From NCBI GenBank assembly GCA_002269645.1, contig NIVC01000391.1, positions 558,001 to 622,000 on the forward strand: a DNA stretch of 64,000 bases, given 5' to 3'. The notes under the pieces were generated by a model that was given only the letters and a program-made list of their open reading frames with translations, searched no databases and had not been told where the DNA came from. A program made the position numbers and the translations under genes. This DNA is from Macrostomum lignano. Its lineage: Eukaryota. Within the stretch, counting starts at the first letter, position 1. Each line of letters opens with the position of its first letter. This document shows positions 57,130 to 64,000 of the stretch, in pieces.

Positions 57130-59766
57130 TTTAATTTAAATTTAATATTTTTTTAGCAGTACATACAGGCTAGGCTTACATAGAAGACTTAAATCTTTTC
57201 TGCCACTTACTCTTACTTTTCTACATAAAATTAGAATAGAAACTTTATTTTCTAGGTCTCAGGCCTAGTCCACAAGTCAAATGATTCTTGAGGTCTGGCG
57301 CTAACTTTGTTAGGTTTCAGTATTAAGTCCTTAAAGAAGATTCATATTATTGATTACCACGATACTGACGGCTCGTGTTTGCTAGGCATTGCCTTTTAGG
57401 CCTAGGCTATTCTTATAAAATTTAAAACACAGCAGCAGATAAATAAAATATTTTGCCTTTCCTAGAAAATAATATTCGACTTATGTTATTAAAACAACTC
57501 CTTATTAGAAACTTTGTAAAACAAGTAATGTAATAAACAAATATTGATATCTGCTATTATCTTTTCATTTATCGAGAATGACTAAACGTGTAACTTGCGT
57601 AATTGCTTTTTAAAAATTAACCTAAGACTAATAATGTTTAGTCACTGAAGGCGACAATGAGCCTTTTCATATTGCTTGTTCTGGTTCCAGAACCAGAACC
57701 AATTTGTGAAGTATAACATTTTGTCTCCATAACTAGAGGGAGATGCGTGCTATAAAGTTTTTATTATTGAATGACAATCGCCAAGAAGAAAGTGAAAAAT
57801 TGTGCTAAGTGAGGTTGTTAAGGCAGTCAAACATTAAACAGAATTAAACAGCAGTTATACTGCTGTTCACGACACGTGCTTGGATCTTCGGATCTTCTTG
57901 GAAGATCCGAACCGATTCTGATTCTGGAATTGGTAATATGAAAAGCCTCTCAGCTCATCTCACCAAGGACGACTTAAGTAGGACGGGAAACCTCGTTTCT
58001 TAGAAAATTTTAGGAGGCAGGTTTTCCCGAAAAAATACTACGGAGATAGGAAGTTTTCATTTTTCAGCACAAAATTGCTATTGCTTTTGATAAGAGGCAG
58101 ATCCAGTGTTCATCTTTTGATATATTGTGCCTTTCTTATATTGCTCGATCGATATATATTCATGGAGCTTTTCGTTCAGAAAATTAGGATTCTATGTGAA
58201 TTTTTATTCTACGTACATTTGCACGTGCCTTGTGCCTAAAAACCATTGAAATGGCACAGCTCAGCTCTTTGGTTTTATGAGTCTATTTTATCATTCTTAG
58301 CTGACTGTGTAACAGATATTTGTAACAGAGATGATAAAATAGATTCATAAAACCAAAGATTCGAGTTGTGTCATGCATTTTTATGAATTTTAGGTAAGAA
58401 GAAAACCAGTCAGTCAGACCTACGTGCAGTGCTTGACGACAGAGCATCGAACAGAAGATGGAATAATAGATGAAGACACATTGCCACAGGCTGCGGACAG
58501 GCAAGCCAAGCCATTTATAGAACCATGAAAGCAAAACCATGGGAGCACGGCAGTTTTTTGCAGCTGCAATATGCAAAGAAGATCTCAGGCTCTCTCTTTA
58601 GAGTTAATGGATGTATACTAAAGCGAAACTTTAGAATTTAAACAAAACCTTTTACGAGCTATCTCCCTGAATTTGAGAATTCAAAGGTAGAAAAGGGAAA
58701 AAAGACACATTGATTAATTAGCCCAATCTATTGTAGACTAGCAACTAAAGCCAATGAACTTCTGTGAGAGGGAGTAGACTTTGCAACCTTGAAGTTGGCA
58801 GGGGAAACCAAGGGGAAGCCTAAGCAATCGATTCCAGCGAGCAGAGAAGCCGTGTGAGAATAACGCGGACGAAAAATACAGACTGGGCCAAAGCTTTCAG
58901 AGAAAACAAACTGAGATCAATGAATTCGCAGGAGCCTAGGGAGTTACAACTTAGACCTGATGAAGCAGTTTTTGGCATCAAGAGCTATTTTGCTGTAAAA
59001 AGTGAGACGAAGCAACTGAAATAGGTAAGTAGGTCGACGCGCTTCGATTAACTTTGATAACTCTCACGCGATATAGGGAAGAATCATATTGAATTGAAGC
59101 GATATAAAGGGCATAAGATATAAGAGTAAAATTTACGACCAGAATTTCGTAATGTGTGACAAAAAACAACAAAAATACGAAACCGGTGTGCCCAATAGGA
59201 TGAGAACTTAAGAGTCAAAATGGAGCCTGAACTTTTAAATTCAGCAACCTTGCAATGTCCTTTGGGTGTTCACCTCTGTCGAGAGCTTCGATCACAAGCC
59301 AATGTCATTCGTTCGACTGCCCAGCATATGGTCCAAAATTCTGGGGCTGATGTGGCTCCTCCGCAGCAGTTGCAAATGGAGCTATGGACCAAATTGATGC
59401 TTGTTGGACCAAATTAAATGCCGCTGTGCATTGGCAAACATGTCTTGGATTAAATTCAATGCGCGTAAGCCCAAATGGGCTGCAAAAAGCTATATTTTTA
59501 ATTGTTCTTTTCAGGACCCTCTAGTATTGACAAATAGATCAAGCCTACTGGCAACGCTTCTGATTGTCACACGCTAGAGCAGATATTTTGACCATAGACT
59601 ATGGTCTAATATTTATTGGCTCGTAGTACGCGTTCAACGATTGCGTGCAGACAATTTTCGCAGGGAAAAAATATGAATATGAGAACAACAAGCAAAAAGC
59701 GAAACAAATACGACTCATGTATTGTAAGTACAACAAAACGTGGTGAACACAGATGTTATTGCCCTG

Positions 59767-61164
59767 TCACGTATTCCTACTAGAATACTTATTGATATTG
59801 ATCGTGCAATTTGCGAACTGGCAGTTGGAGAACACTGCAGCATTGGTATTCTCACGAACAGTTGTTGGCTTGTGGCCGATGATGCTTTTGCTGCTAGTCG
59901 AGACGCAGGTACCACTGCTGTCGGCATTCACACCGCATAGTTCTAACGTAGCCCCCACAGTAGTTGCCATGTCTCGAATGGCGCTGTCACGCTTCCGGGG
60001 GAGATACCACCGCACAGTAGACTCCGTTTGTTGGCCAGTAATGCTCATGATGTCAGACACAGAATAGCCTGAATCTTTCAAATCAGCAATGCGAGTGACG
60101 CGGATGCAGTGGTTTGTATATCCCTTGCTCAGGCCGCACATCTTGCTGATCCGCTGCATGTACGTACATAGCCAGTTTATGCCTCGGACTTGCTTACTTG
60201 AGAAAGAAAATCGTAAAGCGGAACTGGCCATTGGTCGCGGGAACATACATGTACAGACGTAGAAGGTCGCACTGCTTCCCGTACAATCGAGCTTGTTTGG
60301 GATTGAAACGCTTGGCTCGTGTCGGTTCGGCACTTTGGTTTTTTGTCGGCAGCATTGGCAACTCGTAATACGGCTTACAATCACTGTCGGTCTTTTCAAT
60401 AAGACTATCTCTACGGCGCAGCTGCTTCATATGTTCTTGTCCTCTTTCACCCAATACATACATTAGCGTGAAGAGTACCTCGTCCTGTAATCGTTTACCA
60501 TTGGATCGATCCAAGTACGCAAATATTTTCTTGAGGTCAGTTTCCTCAATCGGTTCGAAGCGCTTCACACTTCCACCTGCAGCATCGAACTTTCATTTGC
60601 AGCATACGGTTAGCGCTGGCGAATTCAGGTGCATCAGTGATGTTGATTTGTCGCTTAATGATGTAGTTAAAAAAGCGCTGGATGCCAGCCCTTATGCAAA
60701 CCAGACTTGATGTGGAGTACTTTTCGCCACTCGGCTTCGCCAGGCGAAAATAGTACAGACGCAGATGCTCGTTCAATTTCTCCTGGTCTACCGTCTGTAG
60801 GCGATCCACCGAGTAACCCAGATTGGACATGTAGTCAGCAAACCTTTGTCCATGAAATTGCATCTGATCTCGTGTTGATCTAGGCAGTGAGGCAATTTCC
60901 TTCGCATCAATTTGGGCACTCTCAGCATCGTCAATTGAAACGCCCACATCGGCATTGTCACTGTCGGCAAGCCGGTAGATCAGGAAGTTCCACTCCCATG
61001 ACGGTGTCATCGTCATGTCGACTGAAGTCGGTAATGAATTGAAGAAAGCGTTGTAGCTCTCTATCTTCACTATGATATTCCCGACTCAGTTCGGTAACCA
61101 GAGCCAATTCGCTTGATGTAACGCCATCGAGGGATTCTACTGGTAAATGCTTCCAGTTGATCAT
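59767..61164 (-). pseudogene. Crypton-type tyrosine recombinase (DUF3504-like), frameshifted
   Basis: Four overlapping ORF pieces (61164-60958, 61070-60546, 60568-60194, 60399-59767) join through about 3 frameshifts. They give YSTSSLVCIRAGIQRFF, LGERGQEH (catalytic R), TKNQ (K), YTNHCIR (HxxR), TGQQ (expected GH; CAA at 60033-60031), VRWY (Y at 60006-60004) and a C-terminal FSNCQFANCTINI tail. Indels could be assembly errors. Confidence 0.85.
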
Positions 61165-61460
61165 CTTTCTCCAGTGTCAAATAAGCTAGCAATGGATAAA
61201 TAATCAGCGGTCCCAGTGCGTGACAACGATTGTCTCATTGATCATTTTGTATCATTTTGGAGGGGTTTTAGGGGTATAGCAATCAAGCCAGATTGTTGCA
61301 CGCTTTGAATGTCTATGGCCGAAGCCAACGTCTGAGCTGACTATTTAATGCTATATTTAGCAGTTGTAACATTATAAAAACTTAATATGAAAAAACAAGT
61401 GTGTAACATTATAAAAAGCATAAAAAAGCATATAGAAATTATAGAAATTATAGAAAAAGC

Positions 61461-61829
61461 ATAGAAGATTCGCAAGCCAGTGACTAACTGTTCGATATCG
61501 GCTGTATTCAGATCGCAGGCGTAGTTCTTGCTTGAAAACACCTCGTTGAACTTACGAAGTGGCCACTTTTCTTGCAACAGAGCTGACTTTGGCGTAGTGT
61601 TGAGTTGCATTACATCCATCTCCCTGAGCAAGTCTCGTTCCGGATCTTGATTAGCTAACAGCGCCTCGATTTCATTCACATCCAACTGAGCCAGATCGTC
61701 CAGCATGCCTTGCATAGTCGCCTCCCGCTGGATTCGCTCGCCAATCTCAGAAGACGACAAACCAACGACATCTCCTTGCGACATATGCAGCAATCCAATA
61801 GGCTCGCCCGTTGATGCTTCGTAAATCAT
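61461..61829 (-). pseudogene. Second, truncated Crypton recombinase N-terminal module
   Basis: TTPKSALLQEKWPLRKFNEVFSSKNYACDLNTADIEQLVTGLRIFY aligns to SLPRSTRDQMQFHGQRFADYMSNLGYSVDRLQTVDQEKLNEHLRLYY of the downstream recombinase, then runs into AT-rich low-complexity sequence. Confidence 0.65.
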
Positions 61830-62350
61830 GATGACAGCTTTTTGGCCGCAAACTCGCTGAACTCGCTTGGCTTGGCTTGGTCCGTCTCTTTATTGCTCTA
61901 AACTGCCCAGATCTACGCTCGTTTACCATATTTACGCTCGTAGCTTCAGCTTCTGGCTTTAAAGACTTTCAAAACCCACTTTTGACCATAGATATTTCAA
62001 GCGTGCACCAATGCATCATTGGTGCACTCTCTGACAAGAAACGTATTATTTTTAATGTCGTTGCTCCAATCATTGCTGCACGCTACAAATGTCTATGATC
62101 CAAAGGCACCAAAATCATACAATAATACTAATAAATGGCTATATCGTGCACAAATGATATGCATTCGTGCACTCATAGCCATTTATTACTACATCATAGA
62201 CAATCGTTGTCACGCACTGCGACCGCTGATTCTTTGCATTGTTTTTCTGTTTGACGATCCTACAGACAATGCATTGTTTGTAGTAATGGATTGTTCGGCA
62301 TTAAAAATGTGAATGAATAATGATCGTCAAATTGCTAAACAAAGATAAGT

Positions 62351-62433
62351 TGTCTATATGGTTTCCGAGTAAGACAACGCTTTAAACCACTCGTGGCAAT
62401 TGAGCGTTGTCTTACTCTGAAACCATATAGACA
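62351..62433. repeat. 83-bp palindrome (31-bp arms, 1 mismatch, 21-nt loop), MITE-like
   Basis: TGTCTATATGGTTTCCGAGTAAGACAACGCT (62351-62381) pairs with AGCGTTGTCTTACTCTGAAACCATATAGACA (62403-62433). Confidence 0.9.
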
Positions 62434-64000
62434 GTATAATTGTCTTTTGACCAAGCCTACTCACGAAGCCTATGACAATCGTGCATTGTGGTATATGAAT
62501 ATGCGTGTCTCTCTGCACGAAGAATTTTCGGCCATAGACTTATTCTGACTATGTTAATGTTAAAGAGACGCACTCTTTCTGTTTAAGCACCAAGCCGCGA
62601 GGTGCCTTGTAGCAGACCGAAATATATTCTCGCGCTCAAACATCCAAAAGAGCATTCCTGGAGTTTGTTACCGAGACCGGACGCTACAAGTATACAGCCA
62701 TTTATGAAAAATTGTTCCAAAACTTGACGTTACTTACATGAGAATGATTCAGAGAATGCACGCTTAGTAGTTACTGAAGAATGGTGAATGCTTTAAGCTG
62801 TGGTTTTACGCATATCAAAGTCTCAAATCTCTTGAGAACGTCTTTCAGTGCATTTTTCGTCAGTAAGGTAGTCGTCCGTCTCGAAACGTCGGGTTAACCT
62901 CCACTTCGTCGAGTTGGAAACCGTCCGTCTAAAATGTGGATACAAACCCCCTTGCCGCTATTTATGTCTCCATGGCGGGAAAACATAATGAGAGCTAGGG
63001 TGAAGAGGGGATAACATAAACATTATTAAGAAATAACATAATATGGATAACAACATAAACATTACTATCACTCCTTTTCTTAATACAAACATAAAAAGAG
63101 CGTTTATCATTGTCATCTCGTCATTTAAGCATTTGAAACTCCAAAGGAATCGATTGGCGATTTTGACTCCTAAGTTCACATCCCCTGTTCCTACTGTCCT
63201 ATTCCTATTTCCTATTCCTATTCCTAAATAGGTTTTGTTTCCTATATATTGTATATCACTTCTAGAATGTTGATCCTGCTTCTTAAGTTGCTTTTGTTAA
63301 TGAATTGAAGAAATTCTGGCGGTTCTCTATTAAAACAAACGTTACACTCCAGCGAATGTTGATGAATCGCAGAGTTCTTCAGCCAGTGAATTTTTACTCT
63401 TATAATTTCAAGAGGAGTCAAGATTCAGCCAAGAACTCCACAGAAAAAAAGAAAACAAGATGTCACATGCCAATCTTCCACTGTAGGGGCGCTTCTCATG
63501 ATAACTAACAAACAGGCTTGCGATAAAATTTGATATGAAAACAATCGCGTCCTTGAAAACAACCTCAATTTCGAGAAATAGTAGAGTGTTATTGCCACAA
63601 TTGCCATTAGTGTTCTCGGGGGTAGATTTGAGACTCGAGAGCCTGGTGTTGATAAACCAGCCAGTGTCGTCGACCATTTACATTTTCTCCTATGGTGCCA
63701 TGAAAATGTTCGCCAGAGTTGGGACTAGGAGGCTACTCATAGCGCAACTGTAAATTCATTCAAACACGAATATGTCAGGAGTAGCAAAGCTTAATAGGTC
63801 TTTGAAAACCTCTTTGGGTAACTTAGCGTCCTATTCAATGGAAAGCTTCAGTGAAACATTGGTGAAAAGAGAGGTAACACACAAGCTACACAGTACGAGT
63901 AATCCAGAGATTTTTGGCTTAAGTTCTCTTAAGGATTGGATAAATTCGGAATTCGATCTGACCGAAAACTCATCATACATACATACGTACATTGATGATA

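Larger units (their letters stand above)
59586..62539 (-). mobile_element. Crypton-like DNA transposon locus (one or two elements; boundaries inferred)
   Basis: Tyrosine recombinase remnants bracketed by repeats of TT(T/C)G(A/G)CCATAGA(C/T) at 59587-59599 (+), 61311-61323 (-), 61981-61993 (+) and 62527-62539 (+). Confidence 0.7.

Noticed and set aside
59220-59417. Plus-strand 65-aa ORF and other short ORFs at 55-59 and 62-63.7 kb
   Set aside because: No recognisable motifs, no consistent splice partners, and length within chance expectation.

Overview
Eukaryotic (animal) genomic DNA, not prokaryotic. Six intron-containing genes lie head-to-tail on the minus strand. In transcription order they are: a P4-ATPase phospholipid flippase (ATP8A-type, 14 exons, 57129-40474), Fused/STK36 kinase (15 exons, 38749-23867), a CARD + death-domain adaptor (RAIDD/CRADD-like, 21827-18304), a homocysteine S-methyltransferase (16581-14186), TTC19 (12251-9782) and an NCKX/SLC24 exchanger (8555-1677). 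I rebuilt each gene by hand with GT-AG junctions whose phases agree through to a stop codon. Roughly 29 kb (my estimate, about 45% of the window) is tandem repeat, and almost every long intron and intergenic spacer carries its own private mini- or microsatellite. These arrays generate most long ORFs in the supplied track, which are spurious. GC-rich exons embedded in minisatellite-filled introns resemble the flatworm Macrostomum (inference only). Mobile DNA consists of an LTR plus tRNA-Leu primer-binding site in an ATP8A intron and a degenerate Crypton-type tyrosine-recombinase locus (59.6-62.5 kb). Best leads: (1) the Crypton locus has two diverged N-terminal modules and is punctuated by a recurring CCATAGAC-core motif and hairpins; (2) several minisatellite units are exact transcription-factor consensus sites (about 26 RFX X-boxes next to STK36/CARD-DD, GTCACGTGAC clusters, an ARE array); (3) some arrays duplicate real splice junctions; (4) the gene cluster may be a trans-spliced operon; (5) the flippase has an unusual lipid-binding TM4.
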